DNA of 63,224 bases, the filler included, from Craspedostauros australis (Eukaryota), in the NCBI GenBank assembly GCA_030167865.1. It is 14 parts of 14 records of this genome, joined end to end, with 100 filler letters (N's around TTAATTAATTAA, not from the genome) between each part and the next. Parts side by side here need not be neighbours in the genome. Positions count along the whole stretch, not along the records: positions 1 to 15,743 come from JALAGF010001223.1; 13 more parts are not named here. One strand, 5' to 3'. The notes under the pieces are model-generated. The model saw only the letters and a program-made list of their open reading frames with translations, was not told where the DNA came from and searched no databases. A program made the position numbers and the translations under genes. The first letter of the stretch is position 1, and every line of letters starts with the position of its first letter. Shown here piece by piece: positions 1-12,040 of this stretch.

Positions 1-908
1 AAGTTTGGCGTCCATCCAGCAGCGGCAAGGTCGTCATCGACAAGCAGAAGTGGATAACAAGAGTTTTTGGAGGTGGTGACAGAGCCTGATGCCCTTCCTT
101 TGGGCACCAGTGGCACGCCACACATCCACCAAATGGACAACTCTCCCATGCAAGAAGCACTCAGAATCCCTTGGAGAGTCGATTGAGCAATGTGTGTGCG
201 CTGGAAGCATTGCGACATGCGGTCGCTCTTGCCGCCAAAGACAGATGGTCAATTTTGGGACATTGAAAAACTCGAGGGTGACAAGTGCAGAACCAAGCTG
301 CCTGTCATGGATATCCACTTGCGAGTGCTTTTGGATGCACCATTGTGTTGCCTGAAGCCTACTGGATCCGGAATGCTGTGTGGTGGTGGTGAACAAGGTC
401 GGATGGATGAGATATCTTGGTTGCAGGAAGGCGGACTGGAGTTTGCGTCCATTTTTGGAAATCCTGAATTCCAGAAATCGCAACCTGGGGAGATGGATAT
501 GGACTTTCTGAGTCGAACACGTGCCCAGACGATGGATATGGGAGTATACAGAGGCGATGGGGTGCTCAGATACGATGGATATGACGAGGAAGGGCATGGT
601 CATGGACCGTGAAGTGGGGGTGGGTGGGTGTCGCACAGAGTTTTTCGATGTGACAACATGCGATATCACGGACCGAAATGGTATTGAAACTAAAGTTATT
701 TATTTTTTAAGTTCGATATTCACTATCACTGACAGTCAGGTATTCACATGGTATGCTCAGTTTATGGTTTAACTGAGTTGGTGTATAGATATAGCATCAT
801 AAGGGGTTGCTGAGGCTGGTTTGGAGCTTGAGTCGTGATTAGTTGTGATTTGTCCGCAAAGTACGACAGAATCCCGAAGTGGGGTCCACAACTAGCATTT
901 GCATGGTG
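1..908. mobile_element. End of a probable DNA transposon, terminus ...CATGGTG at about 908, body running off the window start
   Basis: The reverse complement of 885-908 (CACCATGCAAATGCTAGTTGTGGA) resembles the start of the repeat at 15449/51476 (CACGATAACACTAGTTGTGGA). The reverse complement of 691-722 aligns ungapped to 51647-51678 at 24/32, and similarity continues inward (CGAAAAA(C/T)TCT at matching spacing). Left extent is unknown. Confidence 0.45.
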
Positions 909-1388
909 AAATTACCAGTTTACAGAGGGTATGGTACGACTACGCATTCGATCGGAACCGTCCAACCAACGATCATTGCATTTAGTTTCTAGACAATTGC
1001 GTTGTAGACGTCGTCCCTGTCCGAAATCGACATTGTGTTGTGTTTGGAGTCGTTGATCGACTCAATCGACTAGATTGTGCCACAACGATGCCAGACTGTT
1101 TGGGATTCAAAAACACGCCAAACATCGTAGAAAAACACACAAGCGCAACAGAAAGCGGGTCCCACAACACGACGCAACACGGGACACTCCAACAACCAAA
1201 GCCACACACATGGCTCCGAAGCAACCACAAAAGCAAAGGCAAAGGCAAACACATCCACAAAGCAGAAGAGGCACCAAAGTCCGAGGCTGATCTCGTCCCA
1301 TCTCCAAGAGGACCATTCATTGAACTGGAAGGAAACAAGAAGGAGCAGAAGCAGAAGCAGAATAACAAAGCTTGCAATCGACACCAAG

Positions 1389-2873
1389 ATGGCGAACAAC
1401 GGAGGCAGACAAGGCGGCGGCAATGGCCAAGGCGCAAACGAGCATGTTGAATTCACAGTCAAGGTGAGTCAACGAACAAGCCAGCAAGAGAGCGAGCAAG
1501 AGAACAAGCAAACAGATGGGGGGCAGTTGGCCTGCGTTCCTAAAGCGCTGCCTGTCCTCTGATCGCATGCAAGTACAGGCGTGGTTGCGCGGGAAGACGT
1601 TGCCGTCCACGTTGATGTTCTTCACTCCCATCAATCGTGTTGGTCCACAGGTCTTCAAGAGTTATCGCGCCATTATTCATTAATTGGCTTTGCTTTGCTT
1701 GAATTCCTTCTTGTTGATGCCTCTTCATGGCATCACTTGGGATTGACAAATGATACTCATGCTATATCATGCGTACCATGCCATCCATCCATCTAACTTT
1801 ACTTCGTTCTTTGCTATCATTCCCCATCTCTCTATCATCACCATCCATCACAGGCAGAAGAAGACCTGTACCTCACAGGTTCAGAGAACACGATCCGCCG
1901 AGTGACAGCGGAGACGAACTACTCGTGCCTCATGCTCAAGGGGCAGCGCTTCTCCTCGCTGTTCCGTCACTACGCCAAGTACCATGGACTGCGCAAGGAA
2001 GACCTTGAGTACTACTTCGTCAACCCCCTGGAGAATGAAGACACGCCCGAGACGGTTCAGCTGCAACGGGGGGACACCATCATGGTCCGGAAACGGCGGA
2101 AGCCGCAGCCCCCGGAGGTTGCGGCGGATGATGACGACTTCTTCCAGGACATGCGGGAGCTGCTGGAAGACGAAGAGCACATGGATGCCTTCTTCATGGT
2201 GCATCCGCAAGGGGCGGATCAGCCCGTTCCTGAAAACATGATTAAGATTGCCGCTCACAAGTGCATACTCACGGCGAGAACGGAGTACTTCAAGGCGCTG
2301 TTTCGCAAGGGCGCGACGGTCAGAGGCGGGGTCAACACAAGCATGACGTTCAAAGAATCCAGCGAGAACACCATCGCTGTCGAACCAGAATTCAACGTGC
2401 CGCACATTCGCTGGACCATGGAGTTCATCTACACCAACCGCATCTCAACCATCAAGTCGCTCACGACAGACGATCTCCTCTCGCTGCTCAACCTCTCCGA
2501 CAAGTGGCTGCTGCGAGATCTCAAGAAGCTGGTCGAGCACGAGCTCATCCGCAACCACATGACAGTTCACACGGTCGGCCAGATGTACCGAGTGACTGAG
2601 GATTACAACGCGTCCAGACTGTCGCGTGCTTGCATCGAATTCATCATGAAGAACTTGCGCCAAGTGACGGGCAACAGCTCCTTCCAGGAGGACATGAAGA
2701 ACCACCCGCATCTCTGCATCCCTGTCCTCAAGGCAGCCGCAGACCTCATTCCAGAGGGCCCGGTACACAAGAAGCAAAAGACCGATTCCGGCGCTGGATC
2801 CTCCGGTGTTCCAACGACATCGGCCGGAGGACAGGGGCTGCGATCATCACCTGTGCCCGATTCTGACACGTAG
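1389..2873 (+). CDS. SUMO/ubiquitin-like domain + BTB/POZ(-BACK) protein; join(1389..1463,1854..2873), 364 aa
   Basis: A phase-0 intron (GTGAGT...CACAG) joins EHVEFTVK to AEEDL... The SUMO-like fold is suggested by FSSLFRHYAKYHGL...EDTPETVQLQRGDTIMV. BTB signature: IAAHKCILTARTEYFKALF...MEFIYT...LLNLSDKW, followed by BACK-like helices. Confidence 0.8.
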
Positions 2874-3349
2874 GCAATTATCTCACCCACAATGACGCAT
2901 GCTCTTCCAAATTGAGAAACGAAAGTTGCAGAAGGCGAGTTGTGCGTACGCTGTGGAGGAGCATGCGGGTATTTGTTGGGATCAATGATCACAGCAGATC
3001 CAGCAACAAGAACACGCCATCGAAAGGGCAACAATCAGAGGGAGAGAGATTGAGAGAGAAGCAGCACGTAGGCAGGGCGCTGCAAAGCAAATTACTCTCG
3101 CATGTAAGACTAAAACATCTGTATACTCTGCATTCTGCTGCTATGTGCCATACCTGATGAGAGTGCGAGTGCAGAGGGTGGATGCCTATCACTTGTGCAC
3201 AGTACAACTACTCAAATGCATGGTGATGTACTAGTAAGTAATACTATACTACTCTACGATTTTGTGGCCGCACCACTGCTCCGGGTCAAAGACTGCCCTC
3301 CCCTTGAGGACGCTGCTGCTGTTCATCTACAAGAGCTCTCTGCTTTGCT

Positions 3350-4924
3350 CTACATCATCTCCAACTGATCGTCGGAGACCTCGACGGTCGGTATTCTGAG
3401 CTGCCTTCGACCTCGGCCAGGCGGACGCTTGGCAAACCACACTGCCACCAGTCCAGAGAGGAAGGCCCCCATCACGAACGATGCGAAACCGACGTACAGG
3501 TTGGCCTCGTTGTCGCTTTCATAACACAGCGACGATGCGGCGCCGCTGCTGCCGTCGTCCGTTCCTGACGGAGCCTTGTGATTCTTCTTTCCTTTCTCGT
3601 CCTGCTCGTCAAAGACTTCGTCGCAGCTCGCCGCCGCCAGCAAGGTCGTCGATACCGCCTCCGTGAAGACGCCGTGGATCCCGACCCTGCAGAACAGCCG
3701 TATGGTTTCCTCCAGCATGCTCTCGAAGGGGTCTTCGGCGGATACGGATTCCACAAAGTCCAACTCCGGACGTTGCGTCCACGGGTGCACCGCCAGGCCG
3801 CGCTTGATGGCCGGTTGCATGAACGTGCGCCAGTCCTCCTGCAGGCAGGACTTTTCGGGTCCCACCCCTGTAAGGAAGGAAGCCCACTTGTCGCCGATGT
3901 TGAACCAGAACGACTCCAGCAAGCACTCGTGCCGATCGACGAGCAACGTGCGAGGTGGGACCGGCCGTCGGTAGGTGTCGTTCTGGAAGTGATCCTTCCA
4001 TTTATTGGTGAATTGTTCCAGCACGGACGCCTCGAAGGACTGGAGGACCAGCGGCGGCAACCCATATTCGCCCACGTGAAACTTCTTCGTGAAGCAGAGG
4101 CGGTCGAGGATGGAAGATTCCCACAGATCCGTGTTGTCGTCGATGTGATCAAACAGCAACTGCACGAGATCGATGTCGGTCTCTTGCGTGAGCCACGTGT
4201 AGTCCTTCAACTCGGCGTACACGCCCTTCATGGCATGCCGTCCTTTGAGCGTGGAATTGGTGAGGAGCGGATCGATTTCCGCGTTCCACATCCGCACGAG
4301 GTCCAGGATCTGCGTCAAGGACGGCACGCCGAACATCCCGTCGAACAAGGTGGTGCGAGCGTGCGGCAATCGCTGGCGCACGCGCAAGGTCTGAATCTCG
4401 CTCCAATCAAAGTTGTAGGCGAAGTAACCTTCTCGTTTGAGGTATTGCGAGTAGGCTTTGCGATCGGGGAACTTTTCTGCGACGTCCGTCGTGATGTTGA
4501 GGTCCATGGAATGGATGGCGATGAGCTGTCTGTCCCTGGTGGCCACCAGATCCGGCTCTATGTAATCGGCGCCCAGCTCCATGGCCAGCCGGTATCCCGC
4601 GAGTGTGTGTTCTGGAAGATGGGCCGATGCTCCGCGATGTGCAATGATGACCTTGTTGGGTCGGTCCGTCAGATCGGCCGGGAGTTTCATGGGAGGTGGT
4701 ATGCATGGTGGCCTCTTCTCGTTTGAATCGTCGCCGTTGCCGTGCGTTGCCTCGAGGGATCTTGGTGCAATGGCGTCAGTGCTTTTGGTTGGTGCGATTT
4801 CCACCACGGCTCGCGCACATGACAGGATCGCCATTGCAACCATCAACCTCAACGCCCTTGCCACCGTTGCCCCAGTGGGCAGTGATGCCCGTGGCGGAGA
4901 TGAATGAGGCTCTGTTTGCCACAT
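3350..4924 (-). CDS. Glycerophosphodiester phosphodiesterase (GDPD family) with N-terminal hydrophobic signal and C-terminal TM helix
   Basis: IIAHRGASAHLPEHTLAGY, GADYIEPDLVATRD, YAELK, VLQSFE, VHPWT and GIHGVFTE motifs. Start codon is uncertain (4924 or the later MVAMAIL). Confidence 0.92.
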   Translation of the reverse strand: MWQTEPHSSPPRASLPTGATVARALRLMVAMAILSCARAVVEIAPTKSTDAIAPRSLEATHGNGDDSNEKRPPCIPPPMKLPADLTDRPNKVIIAHRGASAHLPEHTLAGYRLAMELGADYIEPDLVATRDRQLIAIHSMDLNITTDVAEKFPDRKAYSQYLKREGYFAYNFDWSEIQTLRVRQRLPHARTTLFDGMFGVPSLTQILDLVRMWNAEIDPLLTNSTLKGRHAMKGVYAELKDYTWLTQETDIDLVQLLFDHIDDNTDLWESSILDRLCFTKKFHVGEYGLPPLVLQSFEASVLEQFTNKWKDHFQNDTYRRPVPPRTLLVDRHECLLESFWFNIGDKWASFLTGVGPEKSCLQEDWRTFMQPAIKRGLAVHPWTQRPELDFVESVSAEDPFESMLEETIRLFCRVGIHGVFTEAVSTTLLAAASCDEVFDEQDEKGKKNHKAPSGTDDGSSGAASSLCYESDNEANLYVGFASFVMGAFLSGLVAVWFAKRPPGRGRRQLRIPTVEVSDDQLEMM

Positions 4925-5070
4925 GATAGTCGTTGTTGGGTGACGCAACTGCACGTTGAGGGCAGCAGGCACCTGCTCCACGTGTACTGATGCTGGACGA
5001 GTGATGCCGCTTTCCCTGACGACTCTGTTGTCGTTCGTCACGGAAGCGCTTCAGGAGTGCAGAGCACGAG

Positions 5071-5098
5071 GTAGTCGTAGTCGTAGTCGTAGTCGTAG
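5071..5098. repeat. (GTAGTC)n microsatellite
   Basis: gtagtcgtagtcgtagtcgtagtcgtag read directly. Confidence 0.9.
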
Positions 5099-6120
5099 GG
5101 CGCGGAAGATCAAAGCGTGGTGGTTGGTCAGATCCAGAAAGCGAGCGTGTTGCGCATCACCTTCGCGCCCTTGTCCCGTCAAGTACGTACTCTCTCCCGA
5201 GTATCAATAGCGGGGCACTCCGGGGTATACTACTAGTATGCTGAAACACTCCCTCCTGTTCTATTGCAATTGCTACCGTCCTTCCGATACCATTGCCCAT
5301 CATCCGAATACGAATGGAACATGTGAACACGGCACATTGACCGCCTCCTTCATTGGTCTTTTCCGTTGTGGTTGTTTTGGCCAAAGTCATCAAGCGGAAC
5401 GAAGGATTCGTTGGCGTCTCTCCTTGTGATTGTGTCATTTGACCACTTCGACTAATAAAAAAACGTGGAAACACACACTCTGAGGCACAAAACATTCGTT
5501 GTCGTGTCACCAAGCCGAGTCGTGGAGAGATGTTTCGAAAATTAGGAGGACCCAAGACTACCAGAAACACGATGAGGACACCTTGAAACGGAAGCTGCCG
5601 GGTTTGGGAACACGGCTTCTTCTCGTGGTTGTTGCCATTGTGCGATCTGCATCCGAGCGCGTTGTGGAGAACAAGGGAGTGCTCTCCCTCTACTGCCTAT
5701 GGTGATACGCTGCTCGCACGCACTGATTCTGTGACACACACACCCATCCATCAATTGAATGAATCTCACACGGAACCTGGAAGGTTCACACACACACGCA
5801 CACACACAAGCACACACCACAACGGAAAAGAGATCGGCAGGAGCTTCCGCCCTTGCGTTCTTTGCGGGGCCGTCAACAAGACAGACAATCATAGTGCTCT
5901 TCTGTGCCTTACGAGTGCAGCGACGTTCGGTGGAATTCAGCAGAACAGAGTGTTTGGGCCAAACAGACCTCCGTCGACGCTCAGCAATCAGCAATCAGCA
6001 ATCAACAGCCAACAGTAATCGCAATAGTGGTGAGAGCCACGAATTCAGCAATTGGAAGAGACCACAAAGCAGAGGACGGAGGCAGGAGGAAGGCCAGCGA
6101 ACAACAACAACGACGCAACC

Positions 6121-8899
6121 ATGAACAACCTCTTCGATTCAATTGTGCGCACCGTCAACTCCGTCACCAGGACCGCAGAGGAAACGGTGCGGGAGCAGTT
6201 TGGGCCACATCCCCAGCAGCGCGATCGCGGACGACGGGGTCGCTATCCGGGCAATCGCCGCAGCCGCGCCAACGAACAACAACAACAACAACAACCGCAA
6301 CAACCTGGCAACATGAGGACCAACGCACGTGCCAGCGCTCGCGCGGTTCGCCACTTGCCGACGATCAAGGTGGCTCCCGAAGACCTTGTGGATCCTTGCA
6401 ATCGGGAGTGTTGCATCTGCCTGGAACCGTAAGTTTCTGCGAGTAGTCCACTCCACGCGAGATCCAAACCCTGTTTCATTACTGGTGGTGTTCACGTGAT
6501 ACAATGTGCTGTGATGCGCAGCATCATGCAATGTGACTGAAGAGATGCAGGACCAGACGATGCGCGATGTCACTACATTGTGTTTGTGCGTGCGGGTGCT
6601 TAACCCATCTCACCTCTTCCTGTGCTTGCAATGCCAAACTCTACTCTCCCCTTGTTACCAACCACGACGATGGGAACGGTAACAACGACACGGTTTGTAA
6701 TGCGCTGTGCCACACTGTCGTGATTGGACGACGCCCTTGGACGATCTTGCCATATCAGGAACAATCTGAATGACTACGTGCTGAGGATGCCTTGTGCGCA
6801 CATCTTCCATTCCGACTGCTTGAAGCAATGGTTGAAAAACCGTTGCACGTGTCCCATCTGCCGGTTCGAGCTGGAGACGGATGATCCAAACTACGAGGTG
6901 GGCCGCCTCGAACGCATGAGGCACCGCAAGCCGCGATTTGCCATGTACGAATTGAAGCGCCTCACAGTTTCAGAATTGAAGGCCTTCGCCAACTCAAAGC
7001 CGCAGTCACGATCCATCGGCGTCGAGAAGCGAGATATCATCCAGTACCTCATCGACAAGCGGATTGTGGAGTTGGTGCCTGCGCCCGAACCTGTGCAGTA
7101 TCAGCTCTCCGAACTCAAGGCAATGAGCATCTCAGCGCTTCGGCAGGCCATGCAAGATGCGGTAAGTCTACATTCATCAATATGCGCATGAAGGGAAGGC
7201 ACTTTCACCCTCCACACTGCTATGTTCTGCACTGCACTGATTTGTGGCCAGCCTGCATGCTCGTGGGTGACTTGATTCGTTTCGGCCTTCTTCGGTGGTT
7301 CATCAACATCCTGCTCACACTCCGGTCACATTTTGGAACGCTCACGCAATCCGACGGTATGCACTGCTCATCACTCTGTTATGGATACGCCATCCTCTGC
7401 TATGTTCGTTTTCGAATGGATATCTCTTGTATGCGCAGGGCGTCTTCTTCAGACGCGAGGATGTCGTCGAGAAGAGCGACATGCTGATCCTCTTCCAGAA
7501 CAGCGGTCGCTTGGAGGTTCTCGATGAAGACGATCCCATGGACGGCCAAAGTGACAAAGAGAACGACGGTGGAAACGTGGATGACGCATACCCGTATTCG
7601 TATCCCTACGGAAATGCCATGAACAACAATGACTGCGATGATGGGCGACGGCGAGATGAACAAGATCAGCAACCAACCCAGCGAGATATGACGGTCGAGA
7701 CAGTCTACTCGGTCGATGAAGCCGGCGCCAACTTTCTGAACCACGAGACCGGCGCCAACTTCACAAATTACCAATACAGGTCTCATGCCACGCCCATCAC
7801 CATCAGAGGATTGATGCGCAATCAAGAACCACGCAGCGTCCGGGTTCGTCATGCGTTTGACGAAGCAGACTTCGCCAGACATGATGACATCCCGTCTGAT
7901 GTACCGCGAGACATCGAAGTTGTTGAGTTTGATGACGACGCCAGCGAAGGCGATGTGAGCATGTGTATGACAGCCTCGGTGTACACGGAAGTTCCATCCA
8001 GTGCCTCTCCGATGAGGGACGAAAGAATCAACGAGTACGCCAACCATGCGATCGATGACATCAATGAGAACGGCAACGAGAATAGCAATGATTTCCGGCA
8101 ATCTTTGGACGATGCAGGAGTCGCGCGAATGCCGGTGCAAACGACCGAGTACTCGGAACATGCGCCGAGTAGATCAGCGGGAGTTGAGGCAGTGCTACAG
8201 CCAGACACACCACGGCGGTCAACAACATCGTCACCGTCGTCGTCACAGTCGTCGCCACCATCGCCGCCGACAGCTCCACCACAACGGTACAATGCATATG
8301 ACGATCTTCCCCGCACAAGTGTTGCAGCCCAAATGGAAACGCAGGAAGCTGCGACCGTCGAAGAGGTGCACACGATTCCTGTGGAAACCTCGACGAATGA
8401 TACCACAACGAACAACTGGCTGGTGGCACAGAGCGAACATTCACAGTACGAATCGTTCTCTATCTCCGACCTGAGCGAAATTGCAAAAGTGTACAACGTG
8501 GATATTTCCAACTGCTTCGAACGCAGCGACATCATCCGCTTGCTCATCGAAGCGCGGGCCAACCCTGACCTCTCCAGATCTTCCATGGGCCTGGATGCTC
8601 TCGACAGATGGTCCGTATCGCAGCTTCGGGCGCTCGCCAATGAAGTTCAGATCGATCTGAGCAACTGCACGGACAGAGAGGCCATGGTCGATCACATCGT
8701 TTGCGAAGTCACGCACGGCGCGAAGTCCCATGTCCTGCCGTATCTGCGAACACTGGCACCGTTGGCGACCATGTCGTTGTCCGAGCTGCGAGGCACGGCA
8801 CGTGAATGCCAAGTCAAGATCTCAGATTGCATCGAGAAGGAAGAGATCATCAAACGCCTCATCAAAACCATCAAGCGAACTCGGGGCGTGCGACAGTGA
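6121..8899 (+). CDS. RING-H2 E3 ligase-like protein with repeated SAP-like helical motifs; join(6121..6428,6759..7161,7439..8899)
   Basis: Splicing at GTAAGT/CAG restores CCICLEP-NNL...MPCAHIFHSDCLKQWL...CPICR (RING-H2), and the frame is kept across both introns. Five S(I/V/L)SxL...E(K/R)xxI/M repeats. Confidence 0.85.
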
Positions 8900-9341
8900 T
8901 GTCCACGGCGACGACGGACACGGAAGTGGAAACACGGAAGTGGAAACACGATGAAAATTCACCGGAACAGCAGCATATTCGTACGTAGTGTCAATAATGA
9001 TAGGAAAGAACGAAGGAAACGCAAATGAAACGAAGGAAAGTGTTGTTTGGTCAGCATACTCGTGCTCTAGTCAAGATTAGAACTTTATTACACAGCTTGC
9101 ATGGTGCACAGTATTACAAAGTCGACAGTCAGCGCCCCATCATCTCTTTCTAGACACCTTCTGATAGACTGAAAATGGCCTTGGAAAAACGCCAGTCGTG
9201 TGTGGGATTCGGTCATCACACAAAAATGACACATCTTTTCCTGACTTCTGTCATTCGTTCTTTGATGCCCAATTCTGTCTGTGTCAGACCTTGTGGATCT
9301 CCAGAGAGAGAAAGTGATTGAGCTGATGTCACAACTTCCAA

Positions 9342-9396
9342 CACCATCGTCGGCACCATCGTCGACACCATCGTCGACACCATCGTCGACCCCATC
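9342..9396. repeat. 12-bp tandem repeat (CACCATCGTCGA) x about 4.5, upstream of the nucleoside transporter
   Basis: caccatcgtcgg caccatcgtcga caccatcgtcga caccatcgtcga ccccatc. Confidence 0.85.
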
Positions 9397-9553
9397 ATAC
9401 CGACAAAGAAGGGATCACAGAGAGGCAGACCACAGCAGCATCGTCTGTGCCATCAGTTATCCTGCTTACATTCGCTTTCCTGCTCTCAGCCATTCAGATT
9501 GCTCAATCAGACTTGCGAAAGGCCCAACGAACCCAACGCATCAAGAGGCTACA

Positions 9554-11680
9554 ATGAGCAACGGTCACAACAATGGGGATGCTCACGGCATCAACGGTGG
9601 GGAGCCATACACGTCCAGCCCGGAGACGAGTGAATGCACCATCTTACCTGGATTGATCCATTGGACGTTGCGGTACAGATTGCTTGCATTGAAGAGCATC
9701 TTCTTCCTGTTGGGCGTCGGCGTGTTGCTGCCATGGAATGCCTTCATGAGCGTGAACGCCTACTTCGAAAAGCGCCTCTGCACATCTCATGGAAAGGACA
9801 CCGCGAACTTTGAGCTTTGGTTTGGGTTCATCTGGAACATTGCCTCTATTACTGCGTTGGGTGGCATGATCATCTACCGAATCTACATGGACAAGAAGAA
9901 GAAAATGCGACACGATGGAGATCATGGCACCGGTGTTCCCTCGCAACTTCATCAGCAGCGAGCCCAGCAAACGGAGGGCGCGAATGGCGATCACATGGTC
10001 CCAACAGAGTCGCTTTCATTGAATCGTGCGTCGAGCAACGGGTCAGGCAGCGATGAAACGAATGCATCGTACACGGATGAAGGCATTGCGGTCCCTTCCA
10101 ACCATGAACACGAAGAAGGATCAACGCATATTCTCATCATGGTTGCCTTCACTGTCTACCTCGTTTGCTTCATCCTGTCCACGGTGTTTGTTCTCATCCC
10201 CAACATCGATGCGTACACCTTCAGCTGGATCAGCTTGGCGATGGTTTACATCAGCGGCATGTTTGCCGCCTTTGCCAACGCTGGCATCGTGGCCACAGCC
10301 GCCATCTACTCACCAGAGATCGGCGTTGCGCCGTTCTTTTCCGGGCAAGCGTTGGGAGGTTTGGGGATCAGCATCGTCAATTTCGGCGCAGCCATGTCAG
10401 AGGATGCATCGGAATTCATTGAGGAGTTCTGCGTCAACGACGAACAGCCCAACAGCACTTTTGCTTTTGACATGATGGTATACGCAGCTGTGGAAGCAGA
10501 GCGAGACCTCGATGGCGACCTTGCCATGACCGTGGCAGGCGAGGCTCCCGAGTGCTATCCGTACACGAAGATTGATTGGGGCATACTGGTGTTCTTTTCG
10601 ATTTCGTGCGCAATCATCGTGCCTTGCATTTGGGGCGTTTACTTCATTCACAAGCACCAATTTGCGACTGCATACGAACGGCTGGATACCATGCAGGAAG
10701 ATCCGGCTTCCTTTGGGACACCGAGGATTGGGCTGGAGATGAACGCAGCCCGGTGGTCTGGTGCTCGCGATGGCACTGATGAAGGCATGTCGAATTCAGG
10801 AATGAACGGAGTTCCTGGGGCATCGGGATCAAAGAGAACGACCAACGGAGAAGCAGTAGCAGCAGTAGCAGCAGCATCTGAGATGACGGGGCATCACGGT
10901 TTTCATTCAGATTCGGCGGCGAATGCAGAACTGAATCACAACGCATCGCAACAACGCGTCGGTGGAACTCTTCCAAATCAAAACATTTCGGCGACCAATG
11001 CCCACAATGGAGCAGCAGCAGGAGGAGGAGGAGGAGAAGAAGCGCCATTCGAAGATGAGCCCACCACAGAATCTGCAGATGCCGATACCGATGCTACAAC
11101 AGGGCAGATATTTTCATTGGTTTGGGGTTCCGTGTTTGGCATCTTCACAACATTCGCTGTGACGCTGTCCATATTCCCGGGCTGGCTGTCGCAGCTGGAG
11201 GGTTCCTACCAATGCCAAGGCAAATCGCGTCTCTTCGATGACCTCTACACGCCGTACATCTTCGTTTTGTTCAACATCGGTGACTTCACCGGCAGGATAC
11301 TGGCGGGCAAATTTCAAATCGCCAAGGGTCCGAAAGGGTCATCACGGTTGGTCATGCTCACGGCGCTTCGCATCCTGTCTTACCCGCTCTTCCTGTCGTG
11401 CGTGTCCCATGATCGCCACAGTGGCGCGGGTGATGCCGAAGTCGTGATCGACAATCATCATGTGCAAAATGATGTGTACTTCTTCGTCGTCATGATGGCA
11501 TTCTCCATATCCAATGGCCTATTCCAGTCATGGTCCTTCATCCATGCGCCGTCGATGATCCCGAACAAACACGACGCGCAGGAGATATCATCCGAGATTC
11601 TGTCCTTTGCGGTCAATTTCGGATTGCTGACAGGCAGCATTCTTTCCTTCCCTTTCACGAGTCTCGCAAACAAGATTTGA
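9554..11680 (+). CDS. Equilibrative nucleoside transporter (ENT/SLC29 family)
   Basis: FFLLGVGVLLPWNAF (TM1), GQALGG, VTLSIFPG, LFNIGDFTGR, SISNG and GLLTGS motifs, with about 11 hydrophobic segments. A short in-frame intron near 9630-9680 is possible. Confidence 0.9.
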   Translation: MSNGHNNGDAHGINGGEPYTSSPETSECTILPGLIHWTLRYRLLALKSIFFLLGVGVLLPWNAFMSVNAYFEKRLCTSHGKDTANFELWFGFIWNIASITALGGMIIYRIYMDKKKKMRHDGDHGTGVPSQLHQQRAQQTEGANGDHMVPTESLSLNRASSNGSGSDETNASYTDEGIAVPSNHEHEEGSTHILIMVAFTVYLVCFILSTVFVLIPNIDAYTFSWISLAMVYISGMFAAFANAGIVATAAIYSPEIGVAPFFSGQALGGLGISIVNFGAAMSEDASEFIEEFCVNDEQPNSTFAFDMMVYAAVEAERDLDGDLAMTVAGEAPECYPYTKIDWGILVFFSISCAIIVPCIWGVYFIHKHQFATAYERLDTMQEDPASFGTPRIGLEMNAARWSGARDGTDEGMSNSGMNGVPGASGSKRTTNGEAVAAVAAASEMTGHHGFHSDSAANAELNHNASQQRVGGTLPNQNISATNAHNGAAAGGGGGEEAPFEDEPTTESADADTDATTGQIFSLVWGSVFGIFTTFAVTLSIFPGWLSQLEGSYQCQGKSRLFDDLYTPYIFVLFNIGDFTGRILAGKFQIAKGPKGSSRLVMLTALRILSYPLFLSCVSHDRHSGAGDAEVVIDNHHVQNDVYFFVVMMAFSISNGLFQSWSFIHAPSMIPNKHDAQEISSEILSFAVNFGLLTGSILSFPFTSLANKI

Positions 11681-12040
11681 GGAGAGACAGAGAGAAATGG
11701 TATCTCTGGTTTGAGAGGGTACGGTGCATGGCTGCGGAGAAGAACTGGAACGGAAAGATGGAATGGCCCTGAAGGAGCACGGAGGCTTGCAATTACCTAT
11801 CGGATGCAACACGACGACGTCGCACCGCGAACATTGCAACGGTCAGCATGCGTCCATCCACAAGATGAGGGACGTGGCGATTATATCAGTTTTTGATGTG
11901 TAGCACATTTTAAGCCCATGAGAGATTTAATGGCATATTGCGAAGACGGAAGAGCACTTGCGATGCTGCTGCGATGTTATTTTGCTTTGCGTTTCCTGCA
12001 GTTGCAGCTGCGTGCCTTCCTCCAAGATTATTACCATCCA

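Noticed and set aside
34..669. ORFs 34..669 (-) and 190..612 (+) as genes
   Set aside because: No recognisable motif in any frame. They lie within a probable transposon end.
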